In this document: positions 42,401 to 53,671 of the stretch, one piece after another
Layout of the letters: each line of letters begins with the position of its first letter
Numbering within the stretch: position 1 is the first letter of the stretch
Assembly: GCA_965113315.1 (NCBI GenBank)
Contig: OZ220363.1
DNA: 64,000 nt
Direction: 5' to 3' (one strand)
Source: Podarcis vaucheri
Taxonomy: Eukaryota
Position numbers and translations under genes: made by a program
Notes under the pieces: model-generated
What the model saw: the letters and a program-made list of their open reading frames with translations, nothing else
The model's database searches: none
Told to the model about the DNA's origin: nothing

Positions 42401-43149
42401 CCAGCACTGGAAAGATTTCCCCGATAAAGAGCTAATGACAAATACAACAAAAAGCAGATTTATCAGAAGTTAGAAATCTGGGATTAATTTTCACTGTCTA
42501 AACCTTGCAACTGTCACATGGAAAACAAACTTACGAATGTATTTCATCCCATCAAGTCCCCCAGATGAAATATATTCCTAAAGATGCAATGCAGGGAAGC
42601 ACACACACACAAAAAAATAAAGCCTGAACCACAAACATTAAAGCGCAAAAGCAACAGACTAACTGTTTGAAGTTTTAGTCTTAAAATATACATCTATATC
42701 ATAGGGAAAATATCAGATACAGCCTTATGTTAAACAACTCTAAACCAAAAGTGTAAAGAGGATCTGCTGACTCTCTTTTTTCTTAAAAATTTCTTTCTGG
42801 GAGTGACAAACACAGAAGTCCATTTTTATTTTTATTTTGCAGATGAGGAGGGGGAGTCAATTCAAAGCAGCTTCCCCAACTCAGACCTAACTTTTTCCCC
42901 CTTGGAGCATCATCATGACAAGTGGCTGCTTGATAGATGTTCCCCTTGATAAACGACTTGTTCAAAAGAGACACAGTAGCTTTCATTTCCTGACCACAAC
43001 ACACTTTTAATTTGCAACAGCAGAACTGCTGGAGTGTGACTCAGTCCTACTCTCCAGCTTTTCAGGGTTCTGCTCCTGACAGGCCACATCACTGGGCAAA
43101 ACAACAACTAGGTGCATCCACTAACAACAATCACTGCATCATGTATATG

Positions 43150-43160
<11 letters not shown>

Positions 43161-43198
<38 letters not shown>
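43161..43198. repeat. (CA)n microsatellite preceded by (TA)n
   Basis: Directly visible. Confidence 0.95.
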
Positions 43199-43200
<2 letters not shown>

Positions 43201-43461
43201 AGTTGCAGAACTGATTACATTGGTGCTCTCACACACTCTCATCCTCTTCACCCCTCCCCGAAAACTCGGCCGCTTTCAAAATCACTCTGCTGGTCAAGAT
43301 ATTCTACTAGGAAATTGAGAAGTAGAGGTGGGGGTGGAGAGAAGGAGAAGAGGGCAGACCCAGAGGGGTTGGGGGGGGGAGAGAATAAAGTGCACAAGTG
43401 CCATACAATATACAAAGCAATGTCACCCAACCATGATTACTGTGTATTACTACTATTAGAA

Positions 43462-43484
43462 TTATCATCATCATCATCATCATC
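43462..43484. repeat. (ATC)n microsatellite
   Basis: Directly visible. Confidence 0.9.
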
Positions 43485-44892
43485 CTCCAGGAATTGCATT
43501 TAAACAGTGGCCACCATCCACCCCATCCAATTTCAGCCCTCAGCACACTATCCAATTCCCGATTTAAAATTTATAAATGTAATATCCTCATCACAAGCAG
43601 CAGGTCCAATCTGCTGTGAATATATATTACAGCTTTAACATCACAGAGGGAAATCTCCCATCTGGCAATCACATTCGCTCCAACAGCTCTAGGAAATAAA
43701 AGCGGGGGGGGGCAGGGAGAGAAGAGAAAGAGAAAGCCGTGTCTTCCTGCTCTCTCCCCCCTCCCCCTTAAAAACATGTCTCAGGGCAAATTATGTGCAT
43801 CTAAAATAAACAGTTGCTGTATTGATCGCCTTAAAGTCAACAAGTTCCAAATGCAAAATAAATAAATAATAATAATCAGATAATCATCCCTATTGTAACA
43901 GCGGCTCAGGGTTACTTTGGAGAGATATAGGCACCTACTAGCATCAGCCTAGGAGTGGACATTTGGCACTCAATCTTTGCTTTGGATTCAGGTTTGTTAG
44001 GAAAGATCAGTGGTCACGTACTTAAGCTGACCATGAGGTTTTGCTCTGTCCTTATTTGCTTCTCCCACAGACTAGTAAAAGTGAGACAATTCGCTGTCCT
44101 TCTGTCACCCCACAAATTCTGTCACCCCACAAATTTGTGCGCAGAACAAAATCTGCTGTTATACTTTCTCTAAGCTTCTGTAACTGGACTTTTGTAAACT
44201 GCAATATGAAATCCTCCCTGCCCCATTTCATCAGATCCCTCCAGGCCTATTTTTTTAAAGGTGTTTTGTAGAATGTGGCCTCTTACAATCATTTAAAAGT
44301 ATGTTGCAATGACAAGCAGCTATATGGAAAAAAGGACAAAAAATACACAGGTCGCTATTAAAACTGGAGGAGGGAGGCAGAAGAATTGGTTATTGTGCAC
44401 CTATGAATCATCTTATTTTCCTATCCTGATCTAAAACCTACAAAAAAGTAGAGGGAGGAAAGATATAACGGTAGTATAGAGTAAAGAAACAATAACTATT
44501 ACTTTAAAATTAAAAAGGAAACATTTGCTGTGAGTGTAGGCATAGATATGTTCAGGGTTTCCCCCCTCCCCTTTTTACAGTCAGTGAGTTTACTAATTTA
44601 CATAGTATTTGAGTGTACACAGTTCACTTTTGGTAACATGCAACTTTAGCATTGCAACTGAGAACAAAAGTAACACTACAATCAAAGCAGAAATCAGAAA
44701 CAAAATGATAACACACAAAAACTGCTTATTTACACACTTGAAGCTTTACCATTAACATCATTTATCTCTAGCCATATCCACATGCAAAGTCCTCAGATAT
44801 TTTTTTCATCATGCGCTTTAAAAATTTATCTAGATGCAAAGAAAGAGAGAAAGAAAGAAATAGAAAGACATAGATCCCAAAAGCAGACATAC

Positions 44893-44917
44893 CATAAACA
44901 CTGGTGCTACTGATCAT
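44893..44917 (-). CDS. FIGN: Fidgetin (AAA-ATPase, microtubule-severing family), first coding segment in exon 2 (MISSTSVY + first base of G, phase-1 donor)
   Basis: Minus strand reads ATG ATC AGT AGC ACC AGT GTT TAT G|gtatgt. This matches the recalled FIGN N-terminus MISSTSVYG(LKMQW...), has a canonical GT donor after 25 coding nt, and lies next to a CpG island. Confidence 0.93.
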
Positions 44918-45062
44918 TTCTTGCTGGCAGCACAAAAAAGCTGAANNNNNNNNNNNNNNNNNNNNNNNNNNNNNNNNNNNNNNNNNNNNNNNNNNNNNNN
45001 NNNNNNNNNNNNNNNNNNNNNNNNNNNNNNNNNNNNNNNNNNNNNNNNNNNNNNNNNNNNNN
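44918..45062 (-). other. FIGN: FIGN exon 2 5'UTR portion (upstream boundary estimated; acceptor hidden in the N-run 44946-45162)
   Basis: Visible sequence upstream of the ATG runs into the N-block. The end coordinate assumes an exon of ~170 nt, as recalled for mammals. Confidence 0.5.
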
Positions 45063-45320
45063 NNNNNNNNNNNNNNNNNNNNNNNNNNNNNNNNNNNNNN
45101 NNNNNNNNNNNNNNNNNNNNNNNNNNNNNNNNNNNNNNNNNNNNNNNNNNNNNNNNNNNNNNAAAGGGGGGGGGAGAAGAGCACATGANNNNNNNNNNNN
45201 NNNNNNNNNNNNNNNNNNNNNNNNNNNNNNNNNNNNNNNNNNNNNNNNNNNNNNNNNNNNNNNNNNNNNNNNNNNNNNNNNNNNNNNNNNNNNNNNNNNN
45301 NNNNNNNNNNNNNNNNNNNN
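44946..45320. other. Two N-runs (44946-45162, 217 nt; 45189-45320, 132 nt) over FIGN exon 2 5' part and intron 1
   Basis: Directly visible. Confidence 0.99.
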
Positions 45321-45974
45321 CAATACGCCCACCGTGCTGTCCCCCCTCCCTCCACGATGATGTGCTTACATTTTACTGCATCAGCTTCTCTTGACATATT
45401 CACGCCCCCCCCCACCCTGAACTAAAACACGGCAATTTAACCCTAACTTTCCCCTTCCGCCGATCCTCATTCGCACTAATTTGCTTAAAAGTTCGTTCCC
45501 CCAATACACCTAAGTCGCATCTTATCCGCGCGTTCCTGCTTGGACTCCAATTTGAAAAAATAAAAGACCCACTTAAGCGAAAGTGGATTTGACGGCGGGG
45601 TGGGGTGGAGGGGGAAGCTCTAAATCTCGCAATCGCGAACTCTTGGGCTCCTGACTATTGTTAGCAACGATCAAGGAAGGGGGGGGGAACCATCCACCGC
45701 GATGCTATCTCTTTACTTTCCACGCTGCGCTTAGATGAGAAAAACGGAACGGGGGGAAAAAAGAGAAAAGAATAAACCAGTCTGGAGCATGTCCTATATT
45801 TAAATATAGATTTAAAGCATTATGGCTTAGATTTAATATTTAAAAGGCACACGCAGAAAATTTAAAGCGCCCGTAGCCGCCTGGGATATATTTAAAATTA
45901 TATAAAATTTTAAACAGAGCGGGCGGGAGGGGGGGGGAGGATGAAGAGAGACGAACGGCGATGGGAGATCTTAC

Positions 45975-46200
45975 CTGGAGGTTTGGTAGAGAAGCCCGGT
46001 AGGTTACAGCAGCATCGATCCTATCTGTTCGCTGANNNNNNNNNNNNNNNNNNNNNNNNNNNNNNNNNNNNNNNNNNNNNNNNNNNNNNNNNNNNNNNNN
46101 NNNNNNNNNNNNNNNNNNNNNNNNNNNNNNNNNNNNNNNNNNNNNNNNNNNNNNNNNNNNNNNNNNNATGCCAGCAGCTGAACGCCTGCGCAGAGCGCCG
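45975..46200 (-). other. FIGN: FIGN exon 1 (non-coding, TSS position uncertain, partly masked 46036-46167)
   Basis: Consensus donor CCAG|gtaaga on the minus strand (last exon base 45975), inside the CpG island about 0.9 kb upstream of exon 2. Confidence 0.75.
46036..46167. other. N-run, 132 nt, in the FIGN exon 1/TSS region
   Basis: Directly visible. Confidence 0.99.
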
Positions 46201-47784
46201 CCGAGCCAAATTCAAATCACTTTCACACTCGGAGCCAAAGATCAGTTTTCAAAAAAGAGAGAGAGAGAAGAAGAAGAAGAAGGGGTGGGGGGGATATCGG
46301 GAGGGAGAGAGAGAGACGCACCAGATTCATGGGCAAGAAGAGGAGGAGAGGAAGCTCAATGGCCGCGCGCTACTGCCGCCGCCGCCGCACCACCACCACC
46401 AGGCCCCTGGCTGCACAGGTCAGGTTACATGGTAGGGGCTGTCGCTTGCAAGGAAGCCTGCAAAGACTGCCTGGAGGTGGCCGGGAGGTCATGGCAGAGC
46501 AGCCAGGAAGCTCTCCCGCCCCTCCCGCTGCCGCCAAAAGGCGAATCGGGAACTTGGGGAGTTGGGATCCCTGCTCCCAACCTCGCCTCCGCCTCTTGCA
46601 GCAAGAGAAACACTTCTCCCAGCTCGGGCACTTTCCCTGCAGCCGGGAAAGCGCCATAGCCCGTCCCATCCCCCCCCAACCTCCCCACAGCAGCGGCGGC
46701 GAGAGTCTCTGCCTCCCCCCCCCCACCACCGCCCGGTCCCCACCTCGCAATAAGCAACAGCGGCGGCGGCGCCTCCAGCTCCAGGCCCTACCGCAGCTCA
46801 GTGGCAGTAATGCCTCTGTGCAGCCCGCTCGCCGTCGACTCAGGTCCCTAGACTTTGGGATGCCGCGCGGCGGCAAAAGCCGAGAGCAGTTGAAGCAAGA
46901 AAGAGACCGGGAAAGGGGGGGGGGGAGCCCGATCCTGCTCTGTGTGCTTGCTCGCGGGTAAAGAGTAAAGTCGCACTGTATGCTTATGCTCCAGGCCCTA
47001 CCGCACCCCCCCCCCCGGTAAGAAACTGTGTGCGGCAAAGGGGATCGCAGCCTGAATGATGCAGGATAGCAGCAGCATGGGGGGGGGGAGCGAAAAACGA
47101 CCGGAGACATTACACTTTCCCCCCTAACAGTTGCAATTTATTCCCGCTGTCCCCACTTGGAAGTTCCTTTGCGTGCAGGATCCCCTGCTATCACTTGCTC
47201 CTAATGACGTTTCACGGCACCGTCCTGCACAAGTTCTTTCCTCACAAAGAAATTTTCCGCTGGGTTGAAGAGAGTGTTCGCAAAATAAAGCCGCACTTCT
47301 TTCGGAATGGGAACCAGTGAATTCAGTCGGGGCTTTATTTCTTAGTAAATCTCTGCAGTGGATACAGATGTAATATCCCATTAAACTCTTCAGAGTGTTT
47401 CTGTTTACTGTACTAGGATAGTGCTGTGGGGCTGCAATCTTAGGCATGCTTTCTTGGAAGTTCTACTGAATTGCTCTCTGTTTCAAAGGACTTCCCTGTG
47501 GATCCAAACTGGCAGCACCATCTGAGGTGAGGTGCTGAGTACACCAGGAATCTCCCCCAGGATACATGGGAGTGGGAAGACAAAATATACAAAGGCTGCA
47601 ATCCTAAATTGCCAAGGACCAAGTCCTGTTGAAATACTTGAATTAGTTCTGAGTAAAAATACTTTGAGGTGTGATGTGATTAAACAGGCTTGCTTGGAAG
47701 TGAGTCCAGTTTGCATAGTGATAGTTGTAAACATGCGAAGGGTTTGGCTGTACCTCTTGTGATCCTCTGTGTTATCATTTGCAA

Positions 47785-47860
47785 GTGTCAGTTTCTTCAC
47801 CTGTAAAATGGGCATCGTTAATACTAATTTTTAGTATAATCTCCAAGAGTTAATTTGAGC
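47785..47860 (+). mobile_element. MIR/CORE-SINE core remnant
   Basis: tcagtttcttcacctgtaaaatggg matches the MIR core. Confidence 0.6.
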
Positions 47861-50498
47861 CCAGACTGAACAGAGATAAGTCTCTAGAATCAATTTTTAT
47901 ACAACAAGTCCCATCTCTCCTTTATCTCCTATTAGTGAAATACCCCATAATTTGAGCTGTGAAAGTTGATTAGAAAGAATCTAGCCATCAGAATGGCTCC
48001 TTGCAAATCCCTTGCTACTTACAGCTCAGGGAACATGCCCAGCAGCTTCAGGGATTAAGTGTTTAGGATCAGATGGCCACCGCACCTTCTTAAGAGGTAT
48101 GGATGGGTTCGTGCTGGTGCTTTGATATCAACAAATACATGTTTGCTTATGATTTGATATCTCTTTACAACTGAATGATTCATAGTTATGTGAACTCCAT
48201 TGACTTTTGCTGCATTTGCAGTGATGTGTAGCGATATGATAGTTCAGTTTGTGTTGTTAGAAGTGCCTTTGTTGTACCTCACATACAAATAATCACTTGC
48301 CTGTTGGTTGGTTAGTTAGTTAGTTAGTTTAATTGTTGTTGTGTGAGGAACATGCACAGACAAATCCAAACCTTAGAGTTAGAACCTTTTTGATGGAATC
48401 TATTCTCAAATGCTTTGCTGCAGGGACCCACCAATGGTTTTTTGTCTTCGAGCAAAATCCACTTGTCACTTTCAGTGCCTTAATCAGAAGCTACATCTCT
48501 CAATCTGCGACAAATCCCCCCCCCCCCCTTAATGGCAAGCTGGTGTTCATCTCGGGCTTTTCATACCCTTCCTTACCTTATTATGTTGGATGCAATGAAT
48601 ACTTTCTCACAGTCCATTTTTGGAGGGAAGAATTATGTTGCCGCATTGCATATGCAAGTTAAAAGCCCAGACAGAGGATCTAACACAGGGAGTGGCATTT
48701 TATCCTATGTTTCCCTTTTATCATTTATATTCTGCACTAGTACCTTGAGACTCACCTCTGTGTACACAGAGAATAAGCCCCAGTGATTTCTGTAGAGCCT
48801 CCGCCCCAGGAACTGGGCATACGATGGTAAACTTTTGGATTTTCTTCAGGTTAATGCCAGTGTACTTGCAAAGCAGCCAGAAGGTGAGAAGGTAGAGCAA
48901 TTCAAACATCTCCTTAATGTGTATTCAAGTGCCAGAAGACTCAATGGGACATTTTGCATGCCAGAATGGCAAATTCCCAGCTCTATGAAAAGGACTGTCA
49001 TAGAAAGTAGTGTGGAATAGTCTTCTGTCCAGTATAAAAATAAACATCCCATGGAGCTTGTCTTTGTGCTGCTAGAGGTAGTTAACAGTGCAGTCCTAAA
49101 CATATCTCCTGAGAGGTATATCCCACTGAGTTCAGCAGGACTTCATCTCACCCGTGTGAGTACGGAATTGCAGCCTTAATGTGGGACTTGTCAATCCATT
49201 ATGTCTTACTCATGTGCATATAATTGTTCACATTGCTCCAATTTTATGTGTATGGGGTTGTTTTTTCCTGCAGGATTGCCAAGCTGTTTCTTTAACTACA
49301 CTTCACCAACCATACAGCCCAAGCATGTGCATGTTTGCTCAGATAAAAGTCTAAATTTAACTCAGATGAAAGTCCAAGTACCATGCACACTTACCGGCAA
49401 CTGTGTCCCAATATACATTAGTTTATATTATTAACTTGCATGTCCATCAGTTAACTATAGTTTTCAGTTAGGTGCAATTTATATTCATATGCTTCCTTTC
49501 ACAAGCCTCTCCTTCCCTTGCATGCTATATATAATACACAAATAATACACAGTCCATGTTGGTCCCTTCCAGAGTAGATCCTATTAGATTATTAAATTAT
49601 TTCTCATAATATATGTAACCTTTTACAGCTTTAAATCTGTATGGAAATATGTGCAATGTTTGGGTTTGTAATCCTTCCTGGGACCTTGTGGTAAAGGATG
49701 AGTAAGAAATCAAATAAGTAAATAAATCGTTCTCTGCATTAGGAGAAACAATTCCTGCATGCTCATAGTGGGAAAGGGATATTTCCTTCTGATATCAGCC
49801 CCTCATGCCTTGTGGGTTGCCTGACCTTGAGCCCCCTGGCTGCAGATATTTCCATATAGATTTAAATTGCCCTCCAGACACTTTGGATTACAACTCAGCT
49901 GCATCCATGGGAGTTGTAGTCCAAGAAACTGGAAGGCAGCAGGTTGGAGAAGACTTTCCCACATCCTTACCTTGTCTTCGGGAAGCCCAATTTTCCTCTA
50001 TGGAGAAAATAGCTCCAGTTCAGGGATGTTGATATCTTCTTCCTGCCAAGCAAGAAGGCTAAGCAAGCACCTGCTGCTTTTCTTGTACATCCTCCTCAAA
50101 TGAATGATCAGTGCTGTCAGCTCTGATGGCACTGGTTGTGTATGTGTGGAAGGGCCACGGGTAAGAAAGGGTGGGGGAAGAGAACATCAGATCTGAATTT
50201 GACACCTGTACTAATGGCCAGGGACAGCCTACAAACCTCAGGGGTCAGCCCTCTCTCTATATGTGTCTCTCCCCTATTACCATTCAAGACTCCTTCTCCT
50301 ATGACCTTTATTGCATGAAGTGAACATGGCATCAACAGGAAGCAAGGCATTTGTTGCCGTAACTCCAAGGCTGTGGGATAATATCCCACAATGTTTGGTT
50401 GAATTCATCCCTCCTAGCCATTAGGGGGCCAGTGACCAGACAGGCAGCCTTTTTGGTCATGGCACTCCATCTGTAGAATGCTCTTTGCAGAGAGGTTT

Positions 50499-50750
50499 AG
50501 AAGAAGAAGAAGAGTTTGGATTTGATATCCCGCCTTTCACTCCCCTTCAGGAGTCTCAAAGCGGCTAACATTCTCCTTTCCCTTCCTCCCCCACAGCAAA
50601 CACTCTGTGAGGTGAGTGGGGCTGAGAGACTTCACAGAAGTGTGACTGGCCCAAGGTCACCCAGCAGCTGCATGTGGAGGAGCGGAGACACGAACCCGGT
50701 TTCCCAGATTACGTGACTACCGCTCTTAACCACTACACCACGCTGGCTCC
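50499..50750 (-). mobile_element. Full-length young Squam3-type (tRNA-derived CORE) SINE
   Basis: Minus strand: GGAGCCAGCGTGGTGTAGTGGTTAAGAG (A box), GGTTCGTGTCTCC (B box), core GGGTGACCTTGGGCCAGTCAC, (CTT)n tail; CpGs retained. Confidence 0.9.
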
Positions 50751-51520
50751 TGGATGCCTCTTTGATGTTTTGTTTTGGCACCACGTGAAGGCTTAAAAAA
50801 AATTGTGCAGGCATTTCAGCATATAGCGTAAGTTCCCTTGACTGTGTTTTTATCCGTTCTTTTGAATTTAATGGCTTTGTTTTGTTTTAATGGCCACTTC
50901 TTTTATTTTATTTTCTCATACTGGGAGTTTTTAGTGAAGGACTGAATAGAAATCTTCTAAATAAATAAATGAGACATATCTGTTTGGGAAGACCTTTGGT
51001 CAGTAAACAAATATTGTATGCCTATCTGATATAATCTGAGTTCAGTGTCCTGTGCTTTTAATTTTAGTGTTGCCATTTTTACATGAGGATGTCGTTTTAT
51101 TTTATTATAGATTATTGTTGTGAGCTGCCTCAAACTTGTAGAATTCGGACACAAATGCTGTAAACAAATAAAGACATTTCCACAGGAACATAAGAAGCTG
51201 TCTTATTGCTCAGCGAAGCTCGGTATTGTCTCCAACACAGAGATAACCTGTGGCATTCAATATGGTGCTGGACTGCAGCTCCCATCATCCCTGATCAATG
51301 GACATTCTGACTGGAGGATTGAGAACTGGAATCCAACAACATCTGGAGGGCCACAGGTTCCTAATCCTTTTATTTATTTATTTGTAGATAGATTGAATTT
51401 ATATACCACCCTAAACCCACAGGTATATCCTTGACTCTGAACGCCCAGGGTTTCACACAGGGGTCTTTTCTAGCCCTGTCTGAAGATGCTGAGAGACCAC
51501 CCTGCTACTGTCACATAGAT

Positions 51521-52103
51521 TGTCAGGGCTGGAATCAGACACAGGTCAGCAATAAAATAAGTAGATATCAGTTATCAGTTAACTCTTTCTGCAAGGAAAT
51601 TGACATACAACTTGGCTTTGTGGTCTCAGCAACATGGCCTTGCCCCTATGAAGCAGTTGCCAGGACTGAAGGTCCCTTCCTTTCATCCTCTCTAAAGCTC
51701 CTTCTCTCCTGGATGGTTCCCAAGCAGTCTCAAACTGTGTCTGTGCACCTCTGATCTCTGTTCTGATCTTCTCATTACTTTGCAAGTTCTCAGAGACCAG
51801 GGAGGAGGGGAACTTGCAACAGCAGGAGAGGGAGACTCCCTGGATTCTTCAGCAATCTCTTGATGCCCCTCCTCCTCTGCTTTGGCCTCGGAGTCTGAAA
51901 TGCTTTTCACAGGCTTGTCCTGCTCACTAAACCCTGTTGCCCCTTCAGCATCCAGCACCACCTTCCAATCTTTTCTCTCTGACCTCTCCTTGGTGTCCTA
52001 CCACAAATCCCCTGGCTCTGAACCTTCCTTCTCTGAGGTTTCCATTGGAGGCTCCCCAGTTGGTGCCTCCCACCACACCTCTTTGTCCGGCCAGTCCCTG
52101 ACA
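51521..52103 (-). mobile_element. Solo LTR (583 bp, TG...CA; orientation tentative)
   Basis: Ends TGTCAGGGCTGG ... CCAGTCCCTGACA; 5-bp flanks tagat / tacat; GC-richer than its surroundings. Confidence 0.7.
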
Positions 52104-52708
52104 TACATCTATGTTGTCAGAACTGAAAGGAAGAAGAATTTTATCATTTGTACACCGCCCATCTCACTGGGTTGTCCCAGCCACTCTAATAATGTGTTAG
52201 ATCAGCCTTCACGGTGTCCAGCCAGCATGGGGAGTTGGAGTACCAAACGTCTGGAGAGCACCAGCTTGGCGAAGGCTGTGTTAGGTGTTTCACATAGGGA
52301 TGCTCAAGCACTAAAGATAGCTTTCTTCTTCCCCAGCACTATTGTTTGTATGCAGAAGGACCAATCCACAAACAGTAAATGGTTTCAATTTATAACAGCT
52401 GGTTCACTTAGTTGTTCCAAGATGGGACTAGAGATTTAAATATCTCCAAAGACCATTCAGATCATTCTAATAGGGCAAGTGCTTCATAAACTATATTCTT
52501 AGATAAAATTAATTATGGAACAAAGTTCCATATTTTCCTTGCTTCCTGTGCCACTACCTCCTGGCATGTGTGCCATTTGTAAAAAAGAAGAAGAATAATT
52601 TCTGTTCATGTAAAATAAACCCTTTGTGCGTGCACACATGCACACATTCTGTTTCTCTTGCTATATAAAGAGATGTCACCATAACCTGTGGACATTTTGA
52701 CAGCTCTA

Positions 52709-52885
52709 TGAGAGCTAGTGCAGTGTGTTGGAGGAATGAGCTGTGAGATGAATCAGTTTGGATCTCACCTCAACCATGCACTTGGGGAACCTTAGGTGAA
52801 CCTGTTAGCATCAGCCCTCAGCACCAAAGTAATTTGAGGTCTACTATATTGGCCTACTATAAAGATTTGTTGCAAGGCTCACAGC
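52709..52885 (+). mobile_element. Very old MIR/Squam3-like SINE
   Basis: gagagctagtgcagtgtg head, gaaccttaggtgaacc core-like segment, ttgttgcaagg tail. Confidence 0.45.
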
Positions 52886-53511
52886 CTATGTGCTTTTACT
52901 TTGAAGTTAGGCCCAGTGCCAAGCAAGAATACAATTCTAGGCATGTCTGCTGACTGCGTTCCAAGTATGGATGAGACACTAGTCCTGCTGATGTTATGTA
53001 TTTTGCCCCAGAGTGCTTAAATCACCACTAACATCAGCATGAAAGGAGGATCGCTCCATCAGGTGCCCTTCTGTGAGGATTGCAACTACCATGACGATGG
53101 CTGTCTGAGAGAAGAACTGTGTGGTGGGAGCAACCCTGTTCTCCTGGCCAAGGCATTGTCACCTGCTCTGTTCCTAGATCTGGTGTTGGATGGAGAGTAC
53201 TTCCAGGGAGGAACTGGTTTTTATCAAGGACAAGAGACACAGAACTTCTATCAGGAGGCGTTGTTTATATCAGCCAGCCAGAAATCTGCATAGACACATC
53301 TGCATTAGAAGAATGGTCACTTCAAGAACTTGAGCTTGATTCTGCCTCCTCTCTCACATTCCCTTTTCCTTATGTGTGAGGTCTTTTTAGACTACAAGCT
53401 TGAAGGCAAGAACTGCCTTGATAGTGATTTTTGTAAGCTGCTCTGGGAGGGTTTTGACTAAAGTATACATTAATTTTATCATTTCTGCTTCATAAATTAT
53501 AAAAGGGTATA

Positions 53512-53517
53512 AAAGAA

Positions 53518-53561
<44 letters not shown>
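53512..53561. repeat. (AAAG)n microsatellite
   Basis: Directly visible. Confidence 0.95.
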
Positions 53562-53562
<1 letters not shown>

Positions 53563-53581
53563 TTTATAGGAAGGAGATTGA

Positions 53582-53671
53582 GGCTGCACTCCTATACACA
53601 TCTACTCAAAAGTAAGTCTCATTGAGTTCCATGGGGCTTGCTCCCAGAGTAGTATATATAGGATTGCAGCC
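53582..53671. mobile_element. ~90-bp palindromic MITE (Harbinger-like)
   Basis: GGCTGCACTCCTATA ... TATAGGATTGCAGCC with tga / tca flanks. Decayed relatives at ~33290-33372, 34906-34975, 37730-37870, 40315-40395, 47429-47490, 49086-49175. Confidence 0.75.

Larger units (their letters stand above)
1..44892 (-). other. FIGN: FIGN intron 2 (continues beyond the left edge of the window)
   Basis: Starts at gtatgt after exon 2. No ORF matching the rest of FIGN (LKMQWTPEH..., AAA domain) appears in the track. Confidence 0.85.
45330..47230. promoter_or_regulatory. CpG island / FIGN promoter
   Basis: Abrupt rise in GC and CpG content compared with the CpG-depleted flanks. Contains (GCC)n/(CAC)n runs, a GA-rich tract at ~46255-46315 and an NRF1-like CGCCTGCGCA at 46183-46192. 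Confidence 0.88.

Noticed and set aside
46168-47110. Several long overlapping ORFs (163-246 aa) on both strands
   Set aside because: Low-complexity Arg/Pro/Gly translations are expected from stop-poor GC-rich CpG-island DNA; no recognisable domain.
51882-52439. 185-aa Ser-rich ORF
   Set aside because: Crosses the LTR boundary into L2 and hAT fragments; a composite artefact.
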